A DNA stretch of 64,000 bases from Heteronotia binoei. Taxonomy: Eukaryota. Positions 1 through 12,381 of this stretch are shown one piece after another. The notes beneath the pieces are model-generated. The model ran no database searches. It was not told where the DNA came from and worked only from the letters and a program-made list of their open reading frames with translations. The stretch spans positions 43,152,001 to 43,216,000 of the forward strand of contig NC_083227.1 in NCBI RefSeq assembly GCF_032191835.1. The letters run 5' to 3'. The number at the start of each line of letters is the position of its first letter. Position 1 is the first letter of the stretch. A program made the position numbers and the translations under genes.

Positions 1-816
1 TAAAAGAGCCTTCAAAACAGTACCAGACAGGTAGAGCTCAGAGTTTGGTTTCCCTGCTGTGATCAGATTGGCGTCTAGGTTGCCAAAGGTGATGACAGGG
101 AGAATGGATAGTACTGGGCAGGCTGAACCTGCTCTTTGCTGCTGATCTGAGTCTGGTTTTGCCCACTCTTAACTGCAGCTGCTTCCACACAGGAAAAGAT
201 CCCTGTTTTGTTCTTATTGTCACTGTGAAAGGAAAAGCACATACAGCAGCCGCAGAACTTCTAAAGGGTGTGTGTGTGTGTTCCCTGTGCTTTCCTTGTT
301 TGCTTGCTATTTCTCCCTCTTACACATCCGGTGACCTTTTTTAAAAAAAAAAATCCATAGTAGAAAATTCATTGTAGTGTTAATATGCTGTAGTGTTAGA
401 TCTAATAATAACTGGCTGCAAGTGGGGAGACTGTGTAAATAGACGCCTTTTAATTCATGCTTTCCAGAAGGCACTTCCAAAGCAGGTATGAGGAAGCCTA
501 CAGTCAAGATAGGAAAAAATCTAGAAGGACAACCAGGCATTGTGCAGAAACCCTAAAAGAACTACAGAGGGGGAGAAGAAAGCTTCTGCATGGAAGCAAC
601 TTGTGTCCTACTGTGCAACTCACTTCCTTTGTCACATAGAACATAAGAGGTGCTATTCCACCATCAAGAGAGCCTGTAAGTGCAAAACCCGGCCCCTGGA
701 TTCCATTTCAATGTCAGAGCAGGACAGAGCTGCTGCAAAGTGACCTAGAGATAGATAGGAGTGACAAGGCAGGAGGTGTCTTGTGATCAGATCATGCCTT
801 TAAAAAAAATTGCAAA

Positions 817-1082
817 AGCCAGTTTGGTGTAGTGGTTAAGTGCGCGGACTCTTATCTGGGAGAACCGGGTTTGATTCCCCACTCCTCCACTTGAACCTGC
901 TGAAATGGCCTTGGGTCAGCCATAGCTATCACAGGAGTTGTCCTTGAAAGGGCAGCTGCTGTGAGAGTCCTCTCAGCCACCCACCTCACAGGGTGTCTGT
1001 TGTGAGGGAGGAAGATAAAGGAGATGGTGAGCCACTATGAGATTTGGAGTGGAGGGTGGGATATAAATCCAAGATTATCATC
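817..1082 (+). mobile_element. tRNA-derived SINE (abundant squamate family)
   Basis: A-box GTTTGGTGTAGTGGTTAAG, B-box GGTTTGATTCCCC; further copies at ~23563-23710, 27530-28068, 39046-39327 and 45664-45939 (all minus). Confidence 0.85.
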
Positions 1083-2240
1083 AAAACACCGTGGGAAAAA
1101 TATACCCAGATGCTTACCTCTGCAGAAGGCATAGGTGAGATGACTCATGTGTTGCACAACTATCCCTATTATGTTGCAAAAGGAAATGCTGTTGTAACTT
1201 CTTCCCATGTCACAGATAGTTGCTTCCCATGGTTTCAACCCTAGAAGTGATCACATCCAGGCTCCAGGATGTAGACTGGCTTCCTCCCTTCCTGGCTCAA
1301 ACTGCAGTTTCTGGGTAATCTGCATAAAGCTCTAAAACCACAGCGTTCCTCTGAGCCCCACTGTGGTTTCTACAGTCTGCTCAGAAAAGCCCCTTTCTAG
1401 AGCTTTCTGTGCACGGAGAGAGAAAGTTCTGGATGGGCGTCTCCATGCATGAAAGGTCCATCTGAATCTAGGCCCCTTCAGGGAGGAATGATTTTTTTTA
1501 AAAAAAATGTGTAATTATTTTGTACGTTGTAGCTTTTAGAGGCATTTTGTCATAGTTCATAGTATATTTCACCTTTGTTGTATTTAGTATTGCCACTGTG
1601 TCTTTCTAGTCCTGCTTCTGTGCCTTGAATGACAGCAGGACACGCAAACTGAGGAAGTGAAGCTTTTTTTATGGCAGAGTGAGGAAAGGTGGGCAAAGCT
1701 TCCTCTGCTAGAAATTCATGTGCATCAGGCTATTATTAAAGGCACAAGAGACAGTAAGAAGAAGTTGAGGCAATGCTGCCCTCCCCCCCCCCAACCAAAT
1801 GATTAAAGAAGAACATTATGACCCACCTCTTCTACAGTTCTACGATTCCCTACCCCTGAAGATAATCTCGCAGACCAACGGATGTACCCAGTTACACGTT
1901 CAGTGATTTTTTATAGTCTTTCTTGGTGGTTTTATATGTATATCCTAACAAGAAGCAGCACTATCACTTGAGTAGTCTGTGAATCCTGGTTGTTCTTCTT
2001 TAGGAGAATAAACAAAGTTTTGTGGCTGATTAAACTTCACAGAATTCTGTTTAATAGGATGATTGTGATAGTTTCCTCCAAACTGGTATCTTTAATGCTA
2101 AAAGGTCAGTTTTTGTACTTCATGGTGAAAAGTCAAGACTTAGCCATGTTGCAAACAGAACATCAAGAAACAATATAGCTTTTTAAAAATAATAGATGTT
2201 TGTATTACATATATGAGGTTTCTATGGCACAGCTCTAGAC

Positions 2241-3365
2241 CAGGGTTTCCCAAACTTTCCCCCACTGTGGCCCAGTTATTTTTACACTTCTCCTTCATGG
2301 CCCACTAAAATTAGGGGGTGGAGCCAGGAGACTTTGGGGGTGGAGCAGGGAGACAGGAAATGATGTACAAGCCTAAAATTTTTGCAGTATTTTGTTTAGG
2401 AATGGTAGGAGAATAGTGCGATTTTGCAATGCAATTGTAAAATAAAACATTAAGAAAAAGCACAAGGACCACACAGCAGAAAACTAAAAATATAAAATGC
2501 TCTCAGCCTGGGAAAACATGAAATGGCAGGGCGTTTAAAGCTTCCCACCCTCCCACCCCCAGGCTACTCAGATTAGCAAAGGCAAGGAAGGAAGACGGAA
2601 AAGACTGACTGACAGAGAGAGAGAGGAAGGAAGAAAGACAGGAAAAGACTGAAGGAAAGAAGGGAGGGAGAGCTGGAAACAAATATAGAAAAAAGAGAAA
2701 GGAAATAAGAAGGGAGGGAAAGAGTGAAAGGACTCTCGCTGGGAAATCTGGCCACAGAGCCCTCAACGCCGGTCCGCAGGGCCTCCAGTCCTCTGGCTGC
2801 TCATCCACCTTCCCCCGCATTGTGCCCCTCCCCGCCTCCTTCTCCCTCCCTTCCCCACCTCAGGCAGCTCAGTTTCATGCTGCACAAAGTCCTTCCTCCC
2901 CTCGCTCAATGGCCTGATCGCTCGGAAATCGGCATGGAGCTCATTCCACACTGGGCCAAGCCAGCGGCAGCTCAAACAGACCGCAGCCCAAAAGGGTGCG
3001 AGGCTCCTCCCTCCCCGGCACTTCCTGGATGGGAAGGAAGTGCCAGGGAGGGAGGAGAGAGGAGCCATGCACCCTTTTCAGCCGCGGTCTGTTTGAGCTG
3101 CTGCCGGCTTGGCCGGTGTAGAATAAGCTCCGTGCCGATTTCCGAGCGATTGGGTGATGGGGGTGGGTGGGGAGGGGAACGGCTTTGTGCAGCATGAAAT
3201 TGACCTGCCTGAGGTGGGGAAGGGAGGGAGAAGGAGGTGCAGAGGTGCACGACCCGGGGGAGGGAGGCGCAAGGCGGGGGGAGGGGCGGCCAGGGGACTG
3301 GAGGCCCAGCATTGAGGGCTCGGCGGTCCAGTGCCAGGTCACGACCCTGCTTTTGGAAAAGGCTG
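2241..3365. mobile_element. Non-autonomous hAT element with long internal inverted repeat
   Basis: TIR CAGGGTTTCCCAAAC / degenerate TTTTGGAAAAGGCTG; 8-bp TSD CTCTAGAC / CTCTGGAC; hairpin 2822-3250. Confidence 0.7.
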
Positions 3366-4720
3366 CTCTGGACCATTTTTTTTTTTTGAACTGGTGGTAC
3401 CCACTTACATCTATAAGGCTGTTCTGTCTTTCCGTGAAACAATAATCCCCCTACAAACTGTAGCTTCAAGCTTTTCAGAACGTTTTCAAGGACAAACGGG
3501 TATCTATGTAAGCTGGGCACTAGGCAAATATATTCTAATTGTGGGATTCAGTTGCATTACTCTGGATAATGCAGAGATCTAAGCCTACAAGTACATGATA
3601 AAACATCCCAGTATATACATGCGTGATCTCAACCTTAATTATGTTTGGTGGCAAGAGTCAAAAATCAAGGCTGTCTGCACTAACTGCAGTTTCTCCCTCC
3701 CTGCCTCTCCATTCTTTCTGAAGCTCAGACTGGCCCAATTGGAGACATCATGTAGACATCAGGGATGCTTACCTGAGCCAATCTTGAGCAAGACTTTCCT
3801 GACATACGTGGTTACTCAGAACTGGGGCAGTGGGTAAAAACAAGCAGAGTTTTTTGTTTTCTAATTAAAAGTCCTGGGGTCAAAATAAGCTGGTACTCCA
3901 GGCTTAAATATTCAACATACCCTGTAATATTGTAATTTTGCTTCCACGGAACACAATATATTGTGGCTGAACATTTCCATCAAGGCACATTTTCAGTTTA
4001 CAAGGGTATTCGGGAATGTTTGACAATAAGATGCCCTCCAATCCTACCCATTCTGACTCCCCCCCACAACTAATGTTGTAATAAGCAAAATCTGTCAGAA
4101 AGTTTAGGATTTCCCCTTTCTAGAAGGCTGCTCCTAAACCCTCCTGCTACCATCTTTTTTGGGGATTATAATGTGAAGCAAAGAAAGGGGGAAGGAAGAG
4201 AGTGGGAAAGTTTTTTTTTTTTGTCCCAAATCCTTCCAAGGCCCTCCATACTAGTGCATAAATAGAACCATGGGATTTTTCTACAAACATTCTCTGGGTT
4301 TCAACATAGCAATGTGGTACAAGGCTTAATAGAGCCTGGTGCCTGTGATCTTGTACTATTTTAAAAGCCTTCAGAAACTCTAGTTGCTAAATAAGCTTAC
4401 CCTGTTGGGTTGTAAAAGGCAGATAACCATCTGACAGTACTAAAAACACATGTTCAAAGTCCATCTCCCTGTTTACTGTAGGTGGCATGCCCCTTTCAGC
4501 CCAACTTGTTTTCAAATCACATGGGAAACACGAAAGGCAGCTCGTTGTTAAGATCAATATATGGTAATGCAGAAGCAAGCAAGCTTTGACATTGCACAGA
4601 GCCATTCAGCAATGGAATTGTAGCTAGGTGCCATGCTTACATAGAAAACACAACATTTTAAACCAGATATTCAGGGGGTTTTGGTACACTGTCCAATTAA
4701 GAGCTTAACAACAGTAAAAC

Positions 4721-4726
4721 TTTATT
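4721..4726 (-). terminator. Candidate RPUSD3 polyadenylation signal (AATAAA on minus strand)
   Basis: tttatt at 4721-4726, about 680 nt past the stop codon; position only. Confidence 0.4.
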
Positions 4727-5405
4727 GATTTTTTTTTTTAAAAATGCATACACAGCAAATTCAGCAAGATTCCTCATGCCAAAGAAGGACTGGAGGTGGA
4801 GGAGAAAATAGGACAGGAAGGCTAAAGCTGCTCTTTTGCACTATTTCCAGGCTTGCAATCCTCGCACAGCAAAACAAGGTCTCGGGAAAGCGGCTGAGCC
4901 CTCATCACCAGCACAGTCCAAAAGCATCAGCCTCTAAGGGGATGAGAATGCTGCCTACAATCTCTTCAGGCCTTCCAAGGTGACCAACCTAATGGCTGAG
5001 GAATGCCTTTTCTAAATGCATTACACCACTGCACTAAGGGTACTGCCAATCCCACTGATTTGAATAGGACATGGTTATGCTTGAACGGCGCCTGAACTCA
5101 TTCTGCCATGGCACGTAGCAACTCCGAGGCAGCAGCTGAACCCACTGCCATTCTACGCCTCCGCACAAATACAACCCCTAGAGCTGAGTTTGGTCTTAGA
5201 TGCCAGTCGTGCTACACAAGAAGTCTTGAAAAAAACAGTTCACCTCTGCTAGAGCAACAGAGGTTAGAAAGCCAGCTGTTGCCAGTAAAGGACACTCTTT
5301 GCTATTCAATGTGTGCATCTGGCCAACAGGGGGCAAGATTGTTCTCTCTGTCCGCAGCAACCAGGCTCAGTCTTTCCAAAGAGGCCTTCTTCCCCTGGCT
5401 TTAGG

Positions 5406-5672
5406 CTACTGTTTCTGAGAGCAGGTCCGATTCCTGCCAGGTCGGGGCAGATGCTCTGAATGCCTTTCTCTTGTTTCTTTTGTTGGAAAACAAAGCCCCA
5501 GAAGACTAAGTGTCTGCAGGAAAAAAGGAGGAGGAGGAGCTGTAAGCACCGTGCTGGAGGCAGAGGAGGTGGCAGCAGGCAGGAGGAGCTGGTGCAGGTG
5601 GAGGTGAAGGGGCAGGCGATGCACTTGCGGCTGCTTCAAATTCAGCTTGCACAACAGAGCCTCATCCAAGAC
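5406..5672 (-). CDS. RPUSD3: RPUSD3 exon 9 (terminal coding exon)
   Basis: VLDEALLCKLNLKQPQVHRLPLHLHLHQLLLP..APPPPFFLQTLSLLGL matches recalled human C-terminus (LPLHLHLHRLLLP); about 25 extra C-terminal residues before TAG. Confidence 0.93.
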   Translation of the reverse strand, partial: VLDEALLCKLNLKQPQVHRLPLHLHLHQLLLPAATSSASSTVLTAPPPPFFLQTLSLLGLCFPTKETRERHSEHLPRPGRNRTCSQKQ

Positions 5673-6968
5673 CTAGCAAGAGAGAGGAAGGAATACTCCC
5701 TTAGCCAAGTGCTTAGTCCAATCTAGCGGCTAGGAGAGTGTGGAGCAAAGTGACTAGGTCAACAGAGTCTACTATGGAGGACACAGTTTCCAAATCAGGC
5801 ATCGACAAAAGAAACCTCTCCTCCTATCACTAGTTCTAGCCAGTTCTTCCATTAATAAAGATGGGTCCAAGAGCACTTCAGGACTGACCTGCCAATGATA
5901 ACTTCACACCAATGAATCTCCTATGAAACATCCACTTTCTCATCTGTCTTATCTGAATTCAGCTACATGCAGTCAACCACAAACTTCAGGATATTAGTTC
6001 CAAACCAAGATGCAGCTGCTTTAGGAGGCTTAGTAAAGAGCATCTATATAGCTAGGTGTTGTCATCAACTCCAGAGTTTTGAATCATCTTTAGCACCTTG
6101 CTAGAAATATCTGAACACAGTGGTGAGCCCCTCAGGCCTTGAGGGATTACACATTTCTGTGGAAGTATACAGATGACTCACCTAGTAAGGGAAGACTAGA
6201 CGGAGATCTATCATTGGCCAAATCCTCTCTAATCACGGGCAGTTTCTTTAAAAGGCTTCCCCACAATGATTTTGGAAACCGACATTCTGCTAAAGATTAA
6301 CTATTTTGACAAGAGCAACCCTTTGTTATTTGCAGCCCTTTGTTTTTCCTCAACTTTTTTTGTAGAAAAAGGCCAGTAGGAACTCATCTGCATATTAGGT
6401 CACACACCCTGATGCCACCATTTGCAAGAACTCATTTGCATATTAGGCCACACACCCCTGGTGCCAAGCCAGCCGGAACTGTGTTCCTGCTCAAAAAAAG
6501 CCGTTTTTCCTGATATGATTTTACCAGCAAGGACAGGCATGGATTTTCATTTGCAACACGGACTAGGGAGATCAATCCAAAACGATCCTTATAATTTTGA
6601 TAAGTGATTCTATCTGGTGCTTCTAACATCTGCAGTGGCATCCTTACAATAATCTTGGGAAGGAACAGCAATTTGTTTCAAGGCCAGACAACAAGCTCCT
6701 TGGTGGGGCAGGAATCTGAACCCAGATCCAGTGACTGAGCACAATATTCCATCCACCACACTGGTTCATTAAACATCCCATCGCACTAGCATTCCCATTT
6801 TCACTCAATATTTAATACATTTCTGGCTCATATTCGGTGCTATCAAACAAATGGAAGGTAGGGCAGATAAGATCTCAAGAAATATCAGTAGAAGTCTGTT
6901 CTGCAGCAAGTAACCCTCTCTCCACCAAGTATGAGACTCTTAGCTCTGATCCAGTCGTCATGCTAAAC

Positions 6969-7280
6969 CAGGGGTTGGCAAACTGTGGCTCAGGAGCCAC
7001 ATGTAGCTCTTTCACACATTTTATGTGGCTTTTGAAACCCCCACCACCTTATTGGCCAGCTTGGAGAAGGCATTTGTTCCTTTAAATCACTTCTCCAAGC
7101 CAGTTAGCAGGCTTGGATGATGCATTTAAAGTTACTTTCTTTCCACCTCTCCCTCCCTCCCTTTTTTCCTTCCTTCTCATCTTATGGTTCTCAAACATCT
7201 GATGTTTGTGTCTTGTGGCTCTCAAAAATCTGATGTTTATTCTATGTGGTTCTTACATTAAGCAAGTTTGACAACCTCTG
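6969..7280. mobile_element. hAT MITE (CAGGGG..AAACT TIR family)
   Basis: Exact 8-bp TSD TGCTAAAC; relatives at 27763-28048, ~33107-33431 and ~63616-63900. Confidence 0.85.
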
Positions 7281-7816
7281 TGCTAAACCAGCTCTTGGCT
7301 CTGTGAACGAAGAATGGTTGAGTCTCAAGCTATGCAACTCCTGTGCAAGAACCTTACAACTCCCTTCCTAGCTCCTATTCATTAGCTCATACCCTGCTTC
7401 TGCCCATTCCTGGTCCCATCTCTATGAGTTTTATCAGCCAGCTGTAGCATTTTCTAAGGTCACTGGGCACCTTCAGCACAGATCACAACTAAGTGGTACT
7501 TGCAAAGAAAATATATGTATGAAAGAACACTATGTAGGAATGTTCTTACACAGCCTTGCATGTGCAAGACAGAGATGTACAAAAGCATGCACAGGACTTC
7601 CCAATGTAAACTAGCAACAGAGCTCATAAAATTCTCCATAAAAAGCTAATGTGTTTTAAATATTTTATTTATTTGGTAACTTATATCCCGCCCTTCCCAC
7701 AAGTGGCTCAAATAATGGCCTGAGAACACAAAGGAGAGTCTTCTTCTACACCCCCACCAAGTTTCTCCATTGCAGTCTTAGGAGTACGCTAGGTAGAACC
7801 AATTCTAGAGCGGTAC

Positions 7817-7956
7817 CTGTGTCCGAGGTGGAGTGGTCTCAGCAGGCAAGAGGAAGGGCTCCTCCAGGACTGCCCCTACGCGGGAAGAATACATGTGGTC
7901 CCCTAGGGCTGGACTCAGTATCAGTGTCAGGTGCACCAGGAGCTGACACGGGAAGA
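7817..7956 (-). CDS. RPUSD3: RPUSD3 exon 8
   Basis: (V)FPCQLLVHLTLILSPALGDHMYSSRVGAVLEEPFLLPAETTPPRTQ; strong polypyrimidine acceptor; donor gtaccg. Confidence 0.94.
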
Positions 7957-8204
7957 CTGCCAAAAAGAGAAAGGAGAAGAGCGAAGGGGTCAGACTGCTT
8001 TACACCAATGACCACAGCGTGACCTCCGCTTTGAGTAGGGTAAATGTTGCACACACAAAACCCACGAACTGCTTGACTATGATTCTGTCCCCAAGAAACC
8101 TGAACTTTGCGCTGAGAATAAATTACGTGTTGCATTACTATACTGCAGCATTTGGGTAATGGAAAGTGCTGTCAAGCTGTGGCACACTTAGAGCAACCCC
8201 ATAG

Positions 8205-8350
8205 GGGTTTCCATGGCAAGAGACAAACAGAGGTGGTCTGTCATTGCCTGCCTCTGTTTAGCAAGTCTGGACTTCCTTGGGGGACTCCCATCCAATTATT
8301 AACCAGGCTGACCCCTCTTAGCTTCTGAGATTTGATGAGACTGGGCTAGC
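8205..8350 (-). mobile_element. 5S rRNA-derived SINE
   Basis: Degenerate 5S head (ATCTCAGAAGCTAAG..GGTCAGCCTGGTTAATAATTGGATGGGAG on minus) fused to a non-5S body; relatives at ~20480-20660, 22830-23010, 29870-30050, 32930-33095 and 55820-55900. Confidence 0.65.
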
Positions 8351-9199
8351 CTAGACCATCCAGCTCCAGGCAACAGCACATCGATTTTACATAGCTTTAA
8401 TTCATTAACAACAGCCCTGCTAGAGAAGACCAGAAGTCCCACCTCTCCAGCCTCTTGTTCCTCACAGTGGCCAATCAGGTGCACAAGGAAAAGTCTTAAC
8501 CTATTTCCATCTCCCAGCATTTGGCATTCAAAAGTACACTGCTTCAGACCATGGACGTCCCATTCAGTTTCCCCTCCCCTGTAACAGCCACAGATGGAAT
8601 TATCCTCCTAGAATTTGTCTAACCTCCTTTCAGAGTTGCCTACAATAGTGACAAAAGCCAGCTAAAAGGGAAAGCATGGATTAGAATGGGCAGTTATAGG
8701 AAACAAGAATAGAAAAGTAAGCAGGGAAGGATTATTAAGAGGAAAGAAGTCAAAAATGAGCCCAAAACAATGAAGTACTTTAAAAAAAACCCCACTATAC
8801 TCCAACTTGAGTGTCAGCAAGAAAGGTGGATTATAAACAAAGTAAGTAATGAAATTTGGTTTCTGAGCCTACAAGCTTCTCTACTACCATGAGGGCTAGA
8901 TACCTGACACTGCACCCACAAAACAGGTTACAGGTTTGCTGCGTTGGACTCCAGGTTATATATACACAGATTATACCCCCAAATCTTTAATCTTGAATTA
9001 GGAATACAACCAAACCTGTAGCCTGATGGAGAAAGACTAATATATTTGGGACTTTAGACGCATTCTGCTGAAGTCATTCCCCATCCCCACCCTTTTTCCC
9101 CCTGTGCAGTGGAAAGCAATAGCCTCCCCAGTGATTCCTCTCCTCTGCTGTCTCAACTCTGCAGGGCCTGCTCAGTGGTTGCATATCTTTGTACCACAC

Positions 9200-9326
9200 C
9201 TGTCAGCGGCTGGAGCTGCACCAAGGCACACTGATCTTCAGAGTCCAACACCTTGTAGCACGTCTTTGTGTTTTTCACCTCCTTCTTCTGGAGGCTGCCA
9301 CGAGATGGAGAGGCCACCGGCACCAC
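9200..9326 (-). CDS. RPUSD3: RPUSD3 exon 7
   Basis: VVPVASPSRGSLQKKEVKNTKTCYKVLDSEDQCALVQLQPLT; tgcag|..|gtgtgg. Confidence 0.93.
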
Positions 9327-9587
9327 CTGCAAACCACATGCAGGCCCCCATGAGATCGAGCATTTCCTGCCAACACTCAGCAACAGCAGCAGCTAGCCAG
9401 CGCCCAGGTAATCACTAGGACCTTCCGATCCAGGCTGCCGGATGCCAAATACTAGCTGGAGGCAATGCCAGGTGTTGGCAGAGGAGTGTCCTGAATGTAT
9501 GCTGGAGCAACCTGCCCTCCTCCCCCCAACAATAAGCAGCGGCAAGTTCCTCAGAACCACTGCCTTCCCCATGAATGCTTTCCTCAC

Positions 9588-9672
9588 CAGGTCAGAATCT
9601 TCCTTGTGAATCAGCTGGAGGCCTGTGCTAATTTCACCCTCTGAGTCTGCAGGCACTCTGGTAGTGACAGCA
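9588..9672 (-). CDS. RPUSD3: RPUSD3 exon 6
   Basis: (C)AVTTRVPADSEGEISTGLQLIHKEDSDL; cttag|..|gtgagg. Confidence 0.92.
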
Positions 9673-9854
9673 CTAAGAAGAGAAGGGTTTGGTGTCAGCC
9701 TCTTCAGACGCTCTAAGGCCTGGGCAAAGCCTTGTGAGAAATGGGGACTGCAGAAGGTGATCCTGAAGCCCCTCCCCTCCCACTCCTTTGGAATCATCAC
9801 TCCCTCCTCCCCACATTCCATAGCAACAAGAAGGAAGGAGAACGTCTAACTCAC

Positions 9855-9962
9855 CAGTAGGTAGCCTCTGGTTGTCTTGCTTTGCGACACCGGGCATAGA
9901 ATTCCTGGCAATGCTGGATCGTGCTCTGGCAATCTGAGAGCAGCACAAGTCCAGAGCTTTCC
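9855..9962 (-). CDS. RPUSD3: RPUSD3 exon 5
   Basis: ESSGLVLLSDCQSTIQHCQEFYARCRKARQPEATY; cctag|..|gtgagt. Confidence 0.93.
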
Positions 9963-10404
9963 CTAGGAAGATACGACAGACTTAGCAACCATTGACTGTA
10001 CAACAAAAATTAAATTAATTTAAAAGACTCCTGTCTAAGCTGCATTCTGAGGTAAAACATTTTGGGGGCAGCTGAAGGAAGGTCATTTTAAAACAATTCC
10101 AATTAGCATGAAGAATGCTAATCACACCAATTTTTTTTTAAAACCACAGCAGTGATTATCAATTTATATTCATGCTTCCATTCTGTGTATGAGGCAGAAA
10201 ATCAGTAATTTGCCTGAGGCAGTTCTTAACTGAGATGGGATCTGGTGCATTGCTTTATCCACTATCAGATGCAGAACTGGCAGCCATGGTTTATTTCCCC
10301 ATCCGTTCTATCGCCACAGCTCCACAGTTTATTCTGCTGTGAGAAGCCTAATCCTTTCTGCAGGCAGCTTGATATCAGTCTTCCCAGCACTGCATCTCAC
10401 TTAC

Positions 10405-10504
10405 TTTCCTGGAGCTTTGATCAACCGCACATCCTGTGAGAGGCCCAGTTTCTGGCTTAGATCAGGCAAAAGAGAAACTAAAGTCATGTCATCATCTGGC
10501 TTTC
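10405..10504 (-). CDS. RPUSD3: RPUSD3 exon 4
   Basis: (G)KPDDDMTLVSLLPDLSQKLGLSQDVRLIKAPGK; canonical splice sites; lacks the HRLD catalytic Asp, as known for RPUSD3. Confidence 0.92.
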
Positions 10505-10734
10505 CTGTGAGCACAGAAGAAGAAACTTGGTCAATGTCACATGAACCCAGCAACCTCCCATTCAAGATTCATATCCAAAGGAGAGACCATTCTCTACCCT
10601 GACAGAGGTTTGCTTTCTCTCTGGCACCATAACTATTGTCCTCGGTCTAGTTCTACTTCAGGAGCACGCTTCTGCTCTTCCAGTGCTTCCCTTGGTCATA
10701 CAGCAAACCACTGCAGCTGCACACATATACCTAC

Positions 10735-10779
10735 CTGTCACAGGCAAGCCAGGGGGTTTGCTGATAGCCACAAGCGCAC
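10735..10779 (-). CDS. RPUSD3: RPUSD3 exon 3
   Basis: 45 nt, ttcag|..|gtaggt; (G)ALVAISKPPGLPVT, RluA motif I (human GPLVTLNKPQGLPVT). Confidence 0.92.
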
Positions 10780-10791
10780 CTGAAACAAAAA

Positions 10792-11075
10792 CAGAACATA
10801 AGAAGGGCCCTGCTTGATCAGACCATTGGTCCATCTAGTTCTGCATCCTATCTCACACAGCGGCCAACCAGTTCCTCTGGAGGGCCAACAACAAAGAATA
10901 AAGACTTTCCCCTGCTGTTGCCTCCTGGCTCTGAGATTCAGAGATTGTGCCTCTGAATGTGGAGGTTCCCCTCAGTCACCATGGCTAACAGTCACTGACA
11001 GGCCTTTCATGAATCTTTCTAATCCCCCTTTAAAGCTGTGTATTCCTGTGGCCACGGCTACATCCTCTGGCAGCA
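10792..11075 (-). mobile_element. CR1-type LINE 3' fragment
   Basis: Starts AGAACATAAGAAGGGCCCTGCTTGATCAGACC, the reverse of the CR1 3' tail seen at 28690 and 54440. Confidence 0.65.
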
Positions 11076-12022
11076 AATTTTCTCAGATAGATTCCTCTCT
11101 TCTTAATATCTTTTGGATAGTTAAACTTCTGAAATGAAGATTCCAGATTCACAAGAATTGGAGACAGAGGAGTGGGAATTACACACACACACAAAGTTGT
11201 GCCATTGTATTAATTCTATCAAATGTGCAAAGTTAAAACATCCACAGTTGCAGAAGGCATTCTGTTACAGAATTTGGTATCCTCTGATGGAGAAATCAAG
11301 GCATACACGTGGCCTGTTGGCTCTGACACCAACCTTTATCCCAAGTCTACATAGTTGGTAACCCCTCCAAGCTGAACACAGCTCAGGATGGCTTGTCAGC
11401 CTGCCTGGATTTGCAAAAACAGAAAGGATATCTAACTTTCGGCAGGCCTCTATTCATGATCAGCAGATTGTTTGGCTTGATGGACCATAAGTTTGCCTGG
11501 TTTAGACCAGCTTCTTCCAACCAGCCACTGGGTCCCAACCCTAAAGTTGGTTGCCAAGCTGTGAAAATAGGCTTTTGAGTTTTATTTATTTGTCCCTGCT
11601 TGGATTTTCTAAGTGGATCGCCGTACTAAGTAAATCTGGATGGGTCACCATACCAAAAAGGCTGGGAATGACCATTTTTCAGACTGTTTGCCTAACCCCC
11701 TTAAACTCATTGGATCTTCCTCATGCCCAGCTCTGACTGGCTATTGCTACTCTCCTATTCCTATTACAACACGCACTATGTTAAATCAGGTCTATTAAAA
11801 ACATTTTAAGTTGTTAAGTGTTCAGGGTTTCAACCCCAAGCTGCACAACTGGCTCCAACAAGTCACAGAAAAACAGAGTGGAACCTTTGTGCTATTATCA
11901 TACAATTGGGTGGTTTGTACTGACTCAAAGTAGGATGATCTAGTGGAGTTCTCCAAAAATATTGCTGGGGGCAACAAACGAACCATAATTAATTTCCAAA
12001 AGATTTTTTTAAACTGGGTTTG

Positions 12023-12299
12023 TGTAGGGGTACAGGAACAAGTATCAGACATCACGCTGGCAAACCACGTGACTTGCCTGTGCTGCCTGTACCCTGCAGG
12101 GCCCCAACCGAAACTGCTTCGTGTGCATTGTACTTTGCCCTGGCACCACTGTTGTAAAAGGGTATCAATCATTACCTGAGCCAACGCCTGGCTTACAAGG
12201 ATATAAAATAAAGCACCGCTCCTGGCCCGACAGAGCAGCTCTTTACCCCACGGTCGTCTCATCTGGCTTCTTGACTCCCACAGCCTCTCGGCTCCCACA
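12023..12299 (+). repeat. ERV 5' LTR (277 bp)
   Basis: TGTAGGGG..CTCCCACA; TATA and AATAAA overlap in GATATAAAATAAAG (~12200-12213). Confidence 0.97.
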
Positions 12300-12301
12300 G
12301 C

Positions 12302-12319
12302 TGGTGACCCCGACGTGAT
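12302..12319 (+). promoter_or_regulatory. Primer-binding site, tRNA-Trp
   Basis: TGGTGACCCCGACGTGAT, 2 nt after the LTR end; same 18-mer as the recalled ASLV/RSV tRNA-Trp PBS. Confidence 0.9.
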
Positions 12320-12372
12320 CAGCTCCCGGCTCCTGCTCACCCGACCCTTCGGTCTTCACGGTGCACCAATTT

Positions 12373-12381
12373 CAGGTGAGT
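12373..12381 (+). promoter_or_regulatory. ERV major splice donor
   Basis: CAG|GTGAGT immediately before the gag ATG at 12382. Confidence 0.7.

Noticed and set aside
817-890. tRNA gene
   Set aside because: A and B boxes run straight into a SINE body; no complete cloverleaf
1118-1240. Minus-strand exon-like segment (ttctag|..GCAGAG|gtaagc, open in one frame)
   Set aside because: Peptide not recognised, weak acceptor and no partner exons
2503-3582. Multiple 100-180 aa ORFs
   Set aside because: By-products of the GC-rich palindrome and low-complexity purine tract in a hAT element
1-4700. 3' exons of TTLL3, expected by human synteny
   Set aside because: No recognisable TTL-family peptide; short exon-like segments near 1838-1906 and 2004-2030 could not be supported
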